Shown here in pieces: positions 13,013 through 23,897 of a DNA stretch of 64,000 nucleotides. The DNA comes from Camelus dromedarius (taxonomy: Eukaryota): assembly GCF_036321535.1 (NCBI RefSeq), contig NC_087454.1, forward strand, positions 20,150,001-20,214,000, given 5' to 3'. The notes beneath the pieces are model-generated. The model was not told the DNA's origin. It did not search any database and saw only the letters and a list, made by a program, of their open reading frames with translations. Made by a program: the position numbers and the translations under genes. How positions within the stretch are numbered: the stretch's first letter is position 1; the number at the start of each line of letters is the position of its first letter.

Positions 13013-13152
13013 NNNNNNNNNNNNNNNNNNNNNNNNNNNNNNNNNNNNNNNNNNNNNNNNNNNNNNNNNNNNNNNNNNNNNNNNNNNNNNNNNNNNNNNN
13101 NNNNNNNNNNNNNNNNNNNNNNNNNNNNNNNNNNNNNNNNNNNNNNNNNNNN
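13013..13152. other. Assembly gap (140 N) covering the ABHD16A start codon and 5'UTR
   Basis: Run of N. The visible part of exon 1 (RAPSGVPGTPTSVTTPPSSSW) runs into it. Confidence 0.95.
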
Positions 13153-13320
13153 GATGTTGCGTGCCCTTGACGTCAGCACGTACCGGCTCCGCCTCGTGCC
13201 GAGTCGAGACATTTTCAGCGCTTCCCGAACAGAGTTTCGCGCACTTGGAGCTACGGGTACAGCAATGGACAGAAATTAGTCGGAGGCGTTTGGAATGCGA
13301 GGAGGTAGAGAATTATCAGA
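13153..13320 (-). promoter_or_regulatory. ABHD16A CpG-rich promoter with perfect CRE
   Basis: CpG-dense sequence with the TGACGTCA palindrome at 13168-13175, just upstream of the gap containing exon 1. Confidence 0.7.
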
Positions 13321-13427
13321 CATAAGTAAATCAGTTTTTTCTATCCCTTATTATTGGCAGACTCTCGAGTGACAGTGGGGACGAAGAGTAGGATCATGAG
13401 CATTTGACAAGAGCAACAAAAAAGGTG

Positions 13428-14260
13428 TCTAGGAATACATCTAATAAAAGATATGCAAGATTTTACCAAGAAAATTACAAAAGTTCTTGAAAGAGGTAAA
13501 CGAAGCCTTGACTATGTGGAGAGCTACGCCGTGGTCATGGATAGGAAGATTTCGTATTGTTAAGATGTGTGAAATACTGTAAAAAAAAAAAAAAAAGATG
13601 AATTATCGTACTTAAGCTTGAACAAATCTCAAAACCATAATATTGAGTGGAAAAAAGAAAGCCACAGAAGACTGTGCACAACATGACACCATAGTATAAA
13701 ATTAAAAAACACATAAAATTTAATGATCAAGTATGTGAAAGATAAAGAGTGAATTTAGAATGTTGTTATACAGCATAGAGCATCTTTGAAATGATAGTAT
13801 TCTGTTTCTCAATAGGTATACAGGTTTGTTTTATTTTTCTTTGTACCTGACACCTACGTAATATATAAACTCTTTAGCTTTTCACTGCAGTAAACACATA
13901 TACAGAAAAGTGCACCAGTTGAGTATATCCATGTGATCAGCAGCACCCAGTTCAAGAACATATCATTACCGCATCTAGAAGACCCTCTCCAGATTACTAC
14001 CATTTGCTACCACCCCACCAGAGGTAATCACTATCTTAATTTCTAACCTTGTACATTAGCTTTGCCAATTTCTGCACTTTATATAAATGCAATACGTGCC
14101 TTTTGTTTCTGGCTTCTTTACTCTCATTATGTTTGTGACCTTGTTGCATATCTTTGTGGTTTACTCATTCTCATTGCTGTTGAGTGTTCCGTGTATGAAT
14201 ATACCACAGTTTATTTAGCCATTATATAGTTGTACATTAGATATAGTCTTTGGTATACAT
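13428..14260. mobile_element. Degraded L1: ORF2 remnant plus L1M 3' fragments
   Basis: 13428-13570 (+) matches the L1 ORF2 YLGINLTKDVQDL...WIGRLNIVKM region (ctaggaatacatctaataaaagatatgcaag...catggataggaagatttcgtattgttaagatg). L1M 3'UTR pieces follow in both orientations. Confidence 0.75.
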
Positions 14261-14825
14261 GAAATATTTCATCAAAAACAACTGTTAAAGGAATAGCCTT
14301 TGAAAATAAATAACACATTACAAACTATTAGAGCTATATGAAGATCTGCCCTAAGAGTCCTGCCTGGGGCAAAGGGATGAATCAGTGAATTTTCCAGGCC
14401 CCTGCTAGCCTTCTCCTTGAGTTAATAACTTAATATACTCATCAGAGGCTCAGAAGAAGTCTGTGGTGTGCCAGGCAGCCACAAGGAATGTCATTCTGTC
14501 ATTTATGGAGTACTGACTGGGTGTGCAGTCTTGTGCTGGGGTTCCATGGAAACCAACATGAAGACTCATCTTCACTCATGGCTGAGATCTCTAGGGTTGG
14601 AAGGCAGAACAGGGAATGTAATTCCAGACTGATGGGATGTGGACAACCGTGACTGCTTCTGGGCAGACGTCTTAGCATGGAGAGTTTTTGATCTGACTCC
14701 TTCAGCTGATGTGGAGTCTGAAGGGTGATGGGGTCATCTTCAGAGTGGCCTGAACTGGGTCTTTTCTCTCTCGGCATGGAAAGGTGGTGATCATTTTTTC
14801 TCCCTGGTAGACATGCAGCTAGGCT

Positions 14826-14922
14826 TTATCTCCCCAGCATTCACATCCCCTTCAGAGGCCCTTGTCACTCCAGACTAGGGAGAATGGGCGTTTATCTGGG
14901 CTCTGTTTCCTCCCTGGGGATA
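14826..14922 (+). promoter_or_regulatory. LY6G6F proximal promoter with GATA and ETS motifs
   Basis: TTATCT at 14826 and 14892, TTTCCT near 14906 and GATA at 14919, within 135 bp of the ATG. This fits the known megakaryocyte/platelet expression of G6f. Confidence 0.5.
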
Positions 14923-14959
14923 GCAGGTCCCAGGCAAGAGAAGTTGGCAAGCTCTCCCC

Positions 14960-17742
14960 ATGGCTGTCTTATTCCTACCCCTTCTGTGCTTGTGTGGGCT
15001 CCCCAAGGCTGTTGCAGGTAAGGAGCAGGAGGTGAGGGATTCTCTAGCTCTTCCCAAGGTTGGGAGGGACTGCTGCTATTTCTCCTTAGGGGCCTGGGGA
15101 AGGCATCTGGCTCACGAAGATAGATTTACCCCAGTTGACCTCCCCCTGTCTCTAGTACTGGGGAAGACCCAGAGACCATGAGGGTCCAGGTCAGGTACAG
15201 TTTCCTTTAGAAAACAAGAACGGACAAGTAAATGCTCATCCAGAAAATGAGAAATGAGGGGAAGGGAGATGGGCATTTCTTAACTATTCCAGCCTTTCCC
15301 CTCTTGCCCTCAGAGTCCTTCACTCACTTGGTGGGGATGGGGGAGTCCTACCCTCTTCTATTCACCTCAATTTTTTGTAGCTGTCACTTGAAAAATGTGC
15401 TTACAGCCAGGCCCAGTGGTGGGGGTACCCAGGAAGGGGAGGAAGGTAGGAGGTTGAGTGGTGGGGTTGTGGATTTGATGGAGGGCTCTGGTCTCATACA
15501 ACCCCCTCCCCACAGACAACATCCAGGCCATCTATGTCGCCTTGGGGGAGACGCTGGAGCTGCCGTGCCCCTCACCGCCCACCCTGCATGGGGATGAAAT
15601 CTTGTCATGGTTCCGCAGCCCTGCAACAGTCTCCTCTACTGTCTTAGTGGCCCAAGTCCAAATGGTCAGACCAACTCCCTACTCTGGGAAGCTCCAAAGG
15701 GAACCCCAGCTCAAACTGCTGGGAAACTACTCTCTGTGGCTGGAAGGGTCCAAGGAGGGAGACGCTGGGAGGTACTGGTGCGCTGTGCTGGGTCAGCACA
15801 ACAAGTACCAGAACTGGAGGGTGTATGATGTCTCCGTGCTCAGAGGTGAGTGGGGGGCAAGCAGACCAGGGGCTACTGGGAGTTAGGGAAGCCCAGACAA
15901 AAAACGAAGGGCTCCCTCTCTCCCTCCAGGATCCCAGTTCTCTGCAAGGGCTGCAGATGGATCCCCCTGCTCTGTCCTCCTGTGCTCTGTGGTCCCTGCC
16001 AGGCGCCTGGACTCTGTGACCTGGCTGGAGGGGAAGGGTACTGTGAGGGGCCATGTACAGTCCTTCTGGGGTGATGGGGCTGCCCTGCTCTTGGTGTGTC
16101 CTGGGGAGGGGCTTCCTGAGCCCAGGAGACGTAGACCAAGAATCATCCGCTGCCTCATGCCACAGAACAAAGGGATCAGCTTTAACCTGGCAGGTAAACT
16201 GAGGGACACTATGGGAAGGATGTTGCCTCCAACACATCCCACACCGCTGGCTGGGGAGGAGGGGAGAGAGGAGGCAAATCTGTTATTGGCCACGTGGGGC
16301 AGTGTGGAGGGGGTCATTTTTGGTGGAGCAGACTGCTGCCTGGAGGAGGAGGACTCTTTTCTCATTGACTCAATCCATTTAGCAGAGAAGGGGGTTGGTT
16401 AAGCGAGCTTTCTCATGGAATAGACCATCAGCCAAGAGGGAGAAGAATTCTGGTGGTCTATATCTGTATTTAGAAATAGAATAATCTGTGACTTTTGTGA
16501 AAAATCCCTTAGCAGAGAGGAGGAAAGTAAGAATTATTGCTGGGGCAGTTGTCTTTTGAAGAAAGGATATATGCACCGATGTTATAATGGCCCATTGATA
16601 GTGGAGGCAGAAGGAGGAAAAATATATGATTGTTTTACAATAAAAAGTCCATTATGCAGAGAAAGAATGCTATTGGTTGTAGAATAACCCATTCGCAAGG
16701 CAGGAGGGAGGAGCCAATGCCCATTATTTTGGTAAGCATAGGCCAATTAATGGGCAGTGACTGGGTTTTATTTCCCTCTCCATCCTCAGCACCTAATACG
16801 GTGTCTGGCACATGGTGGGCACTCTGCAGATGCTTATGGAGTGAATGAATGGAAGAACGAATAAACAGAAGGCACTGTCTTTTTTCTTGAAAGGGTGGAT
16901 TACTAGGAAGGGTATGAGTTAAAAATTGCAGTTGTGACTCATGGTCTGCCCTAGAGTTAGCTGTCCATGTGTAGGCAGGGGGCACTGGCACTCTCTATCA
17001 GTGTTGGCTCAGGGGGTCAGGGCGAGAGGCCTGGAAATGGGAGAAGGGGGGTTGTGGATATTGGGGGCAAGGAAGCATATGAAGTCTTCTTTTGGAAGAG
17101 CCCACCAGACTATGGGGGAAGCTTCTCTGTGGGGCACAAGGGACAGACCCCCTCCCTACATCCCTCCTGATCCCTCTTGTCTTGTCCTTGCTGCAGCCTC
17201 CATGGACGCCTCCCCTGCCCTCTGTGCCCCTTCCACAGACTGGGGTGTGCCCTGGATCCTGATGCTGTTGCTTGCAGTGGGCCAGGGGATCATTATCCTA
17301 GTCCTCAGCATCATGCTGTGGAGGTGGAGGGTCCAGGGGTCTCAGGGCAGAGGTGAGTCCCTCCTCCCCAGAGGGAAGAAGAGAGTTTGTGGGCACGAGG
17401 CAGAGGGGGTGAGCTCACATCTTGCTTTATGTGGTCTTCCCTAGGGGAGGAGGGGGTAAGGAATACAATTCTGAGTTATCTGACTTCTCTGCCGCACCCG
17501 CTATGGCTCCTTCTCCCCAGATGCCTCAATTCCTCAATTCAAACCCGAGATCCAGGTCTATGAGAATATCCATTTGGCCCATCTCAGGTGAGGAGCTAGG
17601 GGGCAGAGGTTTAAAACCCAGAGGAGACTGGGGTGGGGTGGGGATCAGATGCTGGTCCCCAAGAGGTGGCGAATGGAAGTATCCTTAATCTGTCTTTCTC
17701 CTTTGCAAAACCCACAGCCCACCTGCCCCCAAGACCAGGTGA
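14960..17742 (+). CDS. LY6G6F: G6f platelet Ig-superfamily receptor, 299 aa, 6 exons
   Basis: Exons 14960-15017, 15516-15845, 15930-16193, 17197-17352, 17521-17587, 17718-17742 (900 nt). Signal peptide, IgV (LPC...W...DAGRYWC), second Ig-like exon, TM (WILMLLLAVGQGIIILVLSIMLW) and cytoplasmic YENI Grb2-type motif. Confidence 0.96.
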
Positions 17743-18711
17743 TCTTAATGACAGCTGCTGGGAAGTGTCACCTGCTGTCTCCTTGGTCATCTGGCACCTG
17801 AAGGATTCCCTGAAAACCTTGGCAAGAGGGGAGGGGCTGGGAGTGCTACTTCCCAGTCCAGCTGGTCTCCAGCAGCCAAACTATGTTTTCTGTGTGTCTG
17901 TGTGTATGTGTGCGTGCATGTGTGTTTTAAGGGGCTGGGAGCTGAAAGAAAGAAGAATTATTTTGTGATGTCACCTATGAAAAGGTGTGGTTTCCTATCT
18001 CGCAGTAGCCAGTGACAGGGTGGCCTGAGCCTGCAGTACCATGGGATGAAGGGAGCCTGGGGTAGCTGGCAAGGGCTGAGGAGGGTTGGGGATGGGCAGA
18101 AAAGACACAGAGGAATCCAGAGGCTGGAGCGCTGGGAAAGAATCAGCTATGGGGAACCAAAGGACAAATGGGGGACATTGAAGAAGAGAGAAGGGAAGAG
18201 GCTCAAGGCAGAGTAAGGGGAAAGAGACAGACAGAAAGAGAGAAAAATAGAAGTACAAAGTGGGAGGATGGAGGGACAGAGAGAATGGAAATAACACTCA
18301 ACTTGCTTCTAATTTAAGCCAGATCCTCACCCCCGTCTCCTTCTCACAAAGAGAAGTTGAGAGAGAATAAGCACCTTTAATTGGACCCCAGACTTCCTCA
18401 GATGGAAGGGGAAGGAAGGGGTCAGGATGGGGTGCCCCCCCCCCACACCCCTCCTTATCCTCAGCACTCCATTGTGGCATCCGGAGCAGGGAGCAGCTTG
18501 TCACCCTGACATCCTGACAGCCCCACAAGTCACATGCTCTCTCCTTAGGCAGCGAGAGTGTCCTCAGCGGTGGGTGGGTGGATTCTCCGGTTGGGTGTGT
18601 AATCTGGTTTGTCAGTAAACCATGGACAAGTCTGGGCTGGTGAAGCGGGGGAGGACACTGGTGTTCCTTGTCTCCTGTGGCCTCCTAGCCACACCCTCAC
18701 CACTCCACCAG

Positions 18712-18801
18712 GGGCCCTTTTGTGTATCCAGTCAAGCTTGGGCTTCACTGGAGAAAGGGCCTTTTTGTGTATCTAGTCAAGCTGGGGCTTCGCTGGAGAA
18801 A
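18712..18801. repeat. 45-bp tandem duplication (41/45 identical)
   Basis: gggcccttttgtgtatccagtcaagcttgggcttcactggagaaa / gggcctttttgtgtatctagtcaagctggggcttcgctggagaaa. Confidence 0.9.
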
Positions 18802-19030
18802 AGCTTTCTTGGAAGTCTCACCTCAGCCTTCACGCTGCAGTGGCTTAAGCTAAGCTATTGGCAAGAAGGAGGATGCCAATGACAGATGGAAGATGAAGGG
18901 ACAGTTATTTTTCAGGTGCCAGCATCCCAGCCCAACCCACCAAGCAGCTATAGTTTGCTTTTAGAGAGAGAACGTGTGTGCTCGTGCACACACACACACA
19001 CAGGCGTTTCCGGACTCCCAAGACAGCACT

Positions 19031-19036
19031 TTTATT
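19031..19036 (-). terminator. LY6G6E poly(A) signal
   Basis: AATAAA on the minus strand about 450 nt after the stop codon. Confidence 0.65.
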
Positions 19037-19488
19037 ATGTATACTCTTCCTAGCTCCCCAAGCCCTCCTTCCTGAGTTCCTGACCTACTAAATTAACCTT
19101 TCCTAACAGAACTCTCTTCCCCACCACATCTGATGCCCCTTCAATCCCCTTGCCTGGGACCCCCAGCTCCATCAAACACTTGCCTTGCCAGAAGGCTGGG
19201 GTGAGAGAACACATCAGCAATGGACATCTAGAAAAGGCCAAAGATTTAGAACAGGTGTTCTTTATGAGGCTGGGCTCTGGGCAGGAACTCTGGGCCAGGA
19301 GGGGCTGGAGCAATGCCTGCAGGAATCAGGTCTTGTGGGGGTTCTGGGAAGCTCTTGAGACCAGGGATCTGAGGTCACTGTACAAAATCAGGTTCTTGGC
19401 CAAATCTCACAAGTGTCTGTGCAGGTGTTCCCAGGGCCATGGTGATGGTAGAGGAGTCCTAGGTTGACGGCTGTAGGTCTGTGAGAGG

Positions 19489-20703
19489 CTAGTGGAGAAG
19501 GTGGCCTCCCCAGGTGAAGCTGGCCATGAGGACGAGCAGGGTGATGAGGAGGCAGCTGGGGAGCCGCTGCAAGGTGGTGGCCGCATTGCACAGGTCCTGC
19601 TCACAGCAGTGGTGCTGCAGAGAGTAGGAGCGCTCCCAGTAGGTGGCATGGCCCTGCAGAGGGCACTGGGCCCTTGGGAGGCAGCCTTTCCGCTGGATGA
19701 CCTCACTCTGCTCTGTGGGACAAAGGGAGAATGCCAAGGCTTGGGCAGGAAAGAGGCAAGGGCCAGGAGGCCACAGGAAAGGTAGGATGGATGGCAGTGG
19801 GGAAGACCTGGAGAAGGTCCACTGGACCAGAATCCTACCTGAGGTACCAATGCTGATGCCACAAACTTCATCATCCTGACACTCGGTGGGAATAGGGTAG
19901 CAGGGTTTGGCGAAGTTGCAGGTGTAACAGCGGAGCCGTCCCTGGGCAGAGGATGTGGTGAGACCTGTGAGATGGATGGAGACCAGGCAGGGAAGAGAGG
20001 CAAACAGGACAGGTGAGAGGCTGAGCCCAGATCTGGGAATGGGATGCACAGAGAGAGGTGATACACAAAATGGGAGAGGGAAGCGTGAAATGGAGAGAAA
20101 AGCAGACAGAAGTAGAAAAAGAGACACAGAGAAGGGAGGGGAGACAGTGCCAGAAAAGAAAAAGACACAGAGGCAAGAGGGATACAGGAAGTGAGAGAGA
20201 TGCACAAACATGAACAGAAGCCAAGAGACTCAGAGATGAACACAGAGAATGATACAAAAAGCCAGACGGGATGGGAGAGGGATGGCAGTGAAGAAGTTAA
20301 GCAGATGGTGCCAAGTCAGATGGGAAAATAGGAATTAACATTGACCAAGGGGCCCAGCCAAGAAGCAAGAGGCAAGATAAGGGTCAGGGGAGACAGAGGC
20401 ATGTCAAAGACGCCAGAAGGAAGAGACAGTTATTCTCAAATGTCTTTGAAAAGAAACTTTTTTGTTTCACCTCATTAGACTGGCCAGAGACTGTTCCAAA
20501 TATCTCTTCTTTCCAAAACCCCTACAGCTCTCTCCTTGGCATCTCTCAGCACACTCCCCAGCCCCCTCCCCAGCCCTCAGGCTCCTCCACAAGCCCCTGC
20601 CACCACCCGACCCTGCCTCTAGCCCCCAAGGATTCCCCAGCTCACCCTTACCCAGTGCCCCACCAAGAAACAGAATGCAGAAGAAGATGCTGGAGGTGCC
20701 CAT
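19489..20703 (-). CDS. LY6G6E: LY6/uPAR GPI-anchored protein G6e, intact, 133 aa
   Basis: Exons 20703-20652, 19964-19839, 19712-19489 (402 nt). Signal peptide MGTSSIFFCILFLGGALG, 10-Cys LU domain ending CCEQDLCN, hydrophobic GPI signal. A probable 5'UTR intron lies at 20934-20727. Confidence 0.93.
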
Positions 20704-21612
20704 GGCTGGACCCAGGGCTCAGGAGTCTGGGAGAATGTGATCTGTACCCTGAGATCTGAGAGTTGGAGAGTTGGAGCATCTGAGCAAGACAGGGAGGGAC
20801 CAGAAAACAAACACACCTAGGGAGTGAATCTGTGGGGGGCGGAACTGGGAACAGATTCAGCAGCCTGACACAGCAGGGGCCCTGGCCCCACTGCTCTCAC
20901 ATCCTCCCTGCCTCCTACTGGAGTCTGCTCTTACCTTGAGGATCTTCTCTGCTCTTAACGTTTGCCTGTTACTCTTAGTTGCGTCTGCCGCTCCTGAGTG
21001 GTGTCTGTCAGTGTCTGTCACTTCCCCTCCTACTCATCTCCCTCCCTCCCCTTGTCTCAAGCTGTTCTCTGCTCTCTCCCAGTTTTTGTTTCTTGGTGTT
21101 TTCCCCTTCTGTGCATTTAAGTCTCTGAAGGTCACCCTCCTAAACAGCCTGGGCCCAGATCTGTTTGCGCATGGTATTTGAGTGTGGAATTAGCAACCCC
21201 CCAACCCCGCAACCTGCACACACAAAGCCCAGCTGCAGCTGCGTAAGGGAGGACCCCACCCAGCCTCTGATCCCTTTGATCTCCCCAAGCCTTAACATTG
21301 CTATCCCATAATTATCTCTCCTGCTTTACTACATTGGAGGAAAGAATTAATTATGGGTGGGGCCAGAGGGACTGATGTGTTTCCACTGGGGCAGGGTTGG
21401 GGGGGTCAGAAAGACTAGGAAGGAAGGCAGCGATAAGATCTGGAGCAGTGGTGGGGCGTGTGGTAGAGTCTGGAAGACTAGGGCTTGAGAGTCTAGGGAG
21501 AAGAGCCGCATCTAGGGAATCAGGGCAGAATGTACCAGGAGGAGTAAGAGGCAGACTGGGCTGGGGGAATGTGAGAGGGAGTGAGACAGAGGACACCCAG
21601 GTATTTGTTAAA

Positions 21613-22105
21613 CAGCAGTTTTCAAAAACATTTTTCATATCAGAACCTCTTTACACTCAAAAATTACTGAAGACCCCAAAGAGCTTTTCTTATGTAAGTT
21701 ACATCGCTATTTGTTATACTAGAAATCGAAATAGAACAGTGTGATAGGTTTATTCAAAAATTTAAAAATAAAAAATAAAAATAAAAAATCAATAAACCTA
21801 TTACATGTTAACAAAACATGGTTTTGTGAAAAATAGCCTCTTACCCAACAATACAGTAAGAAGAGTGGCGTTGCTTTATCCTTGGGAGAATCTATTTAAT
21901 GTCAGGCTTAATAGAAGAACCAGAAGATGACTGGGTTTTCACATCTGCTTCTGCATTCAACCTGCTGGGATGTGTTATTTTGGTTGAGGTTATAGTGAAA
22001 ATCTGACCTCACACAGATAAGTCATTGGAAGACTGTCAAGGACCCTCTCAAAGGGTCTTAGGGACCCCCAGGAGTTCTGGGGCCACCGTTTTAGAACTGT
22101 TTCTG
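21613..22105. mobile_element. hAT-Charlie (Charlie1/MER33-like) non-autonomous DNA transposon
   Basis: Starts cagcagttttcaaa...ctttacactcaaaaattactgaagaccccaaagagcttttc and ends ...gggacccccaggagttctggggccaccgttttagaactgtttctg. Terminal inverted repeats are imperfect and no TSD is evident. Confidence 0.55.
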
Positions 22106-22223
22106 AGGTGGAGGAGTTTGAGGACTTCAGAGGAATGTGGGGACTCCTGTGGGGGCCCCTCCCTGACCCCATTGGGGCCCCGGTGCCTGCTGGGGGAGAC
22201 TCTTTCCTCCCCTTTTATTGCCC

Positions 22224-22251
22224 TATAAAGCCCAAGGCCAGGGGGATAAAA
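22224..22251 (+). promoter_or_regulatory. LY6G6D core promoter (TATAAAG and GATAAAA)
   Basis: TATAAAG at 22224-22230 and GATAAAA at 22245-22251, 70-97 nt upstream of the ATG. Confidence 0.5.
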
Positions 22252-22320
22252 GGCTGGCAGAGCAGGGCCAGGGAGGGGGGTGGGAGGGAGGGAGAGGCGC
22301 TCTGGACACAGGCAGACACG

Positions 22321-23897
22321 ATGAACCCCCTATTTGTCGGGATCCTACTCAGCACCCTGCTGGGGGCTGCCTTGGGTAAGGAGGCAGCCCAGGCGCCTCT
22401 CACACAGGCCGGTCCCCCTCTGCCAGCGGCTCCCTTGAGAGCCCAGGTCCGGCACCTCTTCTCTCCTGCCAGGAAATCGCATGCGGTGCTACGACTGCGG
22501 TGGAGGCCCCAGCGGCTCCTGCCAAGAGACCGTGACCACTTGTGGAGAGGGCGAACGTTGTGGCTTCCTGGAGCGCAAACCCAAAGGGGACGTGGGACAG
22601 ACCAAGCTGTCTGGAAACCGTGAGTCCTCAGTTTCTCCCCCTTCCTCCCAGCCCCTCCCTGCCTCCAGCCCATCCCTCAATCCTTCTGGCTTCCAGAACC
22701 TTCCAGGCTCAGTCTGGCTCTGGGCAGATGGTGCCATTGTCGGAGTGGAGCAGTCTGTAGCCCCTTCTGGCTCCTGGCGCTGAGCCCTGGAAGCCTGCCA
22801 TCTGTGTAGCCCCACCTCCCTCCTTTTGACTCTCCAGAGTCTCATAGGCCCATTCACTCACAAATGGTTGGAAAAGCTGTGTCCCTTGAAGGACCAAAAT
22901 ATTCAACCAAACTTCAAATTGCAGGCATCAGTTAAGGATCCCAGAGGGGTGTGTGTGTGTGTGATTTTAAATTTTAATTAATTGATTAATTAATTTTTGG
23001 ATGACTGGGTCCAGCCTACTGCTCCTGGAGCAGCCCCCCACCCAATTTTTAATTTTGAAATAATTTTAGATTGACAGAAAAGTTGCAAAAATAGTACAGA
23101 ATAGTACTGTATATTCTTCACCCGGCTTCCTCAAATGTTAATATCTTATAAAGCCATAGTACAATTAGCATAATCAGAAAATAACACTGGTACAGTACTA
23201 CCAGCTACTCTACAGACCTTACTCAGTTTAGCTGGTTGTCCCACTTATGTCCCTTTTCTGATACAGAACCCAAACCAGGAGCCCACATAGCACTTAGCTC
23301 TCATGTCTTCTTAGTTGCCCCTTCTCTGTGACAGTTCTGAATCTTCCTTTTTTTTCCCCATGATCTTGACACTTTTGAAGAGTCCTGGTAAGTTACTTTA
23401 TAGAACATCCTGCAATTTGGATTTATCTGATATTTTCTCATGATTAGATTGAGCTCATGAGATTTGGGCAAGAAATGATGTTGGTCTCTCTCAGTGCATC
23501 CCATCAGGGGATTCACAGTGTCAACGTGTTAACTGTGATCACTTGGTTTTGGGGAGGTGTTTTTTGAGGGGGCGGAGGATCCCTTTGGGCTCCTTGAAGT
23601 CACATCTGCTCTGCCGCAGAAGGCAAGTCCTCAAGCCAGGCGTCCAACACCCCAGTCTCATTCTCTCTCTCAGCCTCAGTGACCTTGATTCATCATCATC
23701 CAGCCTGTGTGGCGGCCCATCATTGCAATCGAGTGGAAACAGAAGTGGTGGGAGAGGTGACTTATACGACCCACAGGGACTGCTGCGTCGGAGACCTGTG
23801 CAACAGTGCTGTGGCAAGCACTGCGGCCCCTGCATGCCTCTTGGCCGCAGCGGCCACCACCCTGGTCTGGCTCCTGCCGGGACTGTGGAGAGGGTAG
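22321..23897 (+). CDS. LY6G6D: LY6/uPAR GPI-anchored protein G6d, 141 aa
   Basis: Exons 22321-22375, 22473-22619, 23674-23897 (426 nt). Sequence MNPLFVGILLSTLLGAALGNRMRCYDCGG...DCCVGDLCNSAVAS, 10 Cys and a GPI signal. ATTAAA at 23982-23987. Confidence 0.96.
23045..23560 (-). mobile_element. L1MB-type 3' end in LY6G6D intron 2
   Basis: ttttaattttgaaataattttagattgacagaaaagttgcaaaaatagtacag...cttcacccggcttcctcaaatgttaatatc. Related fragments lie at 52710-53450 and 53790-54010. Confidence 0.7.

Noticed and set aside
19407-20243. 278-aa and 240-aa minus-strand ORFs as novel genes
   Set aside because: They are LY6G6E exons 2-3 (in or out of frame) fused to a stop-poor CT-rich intron.
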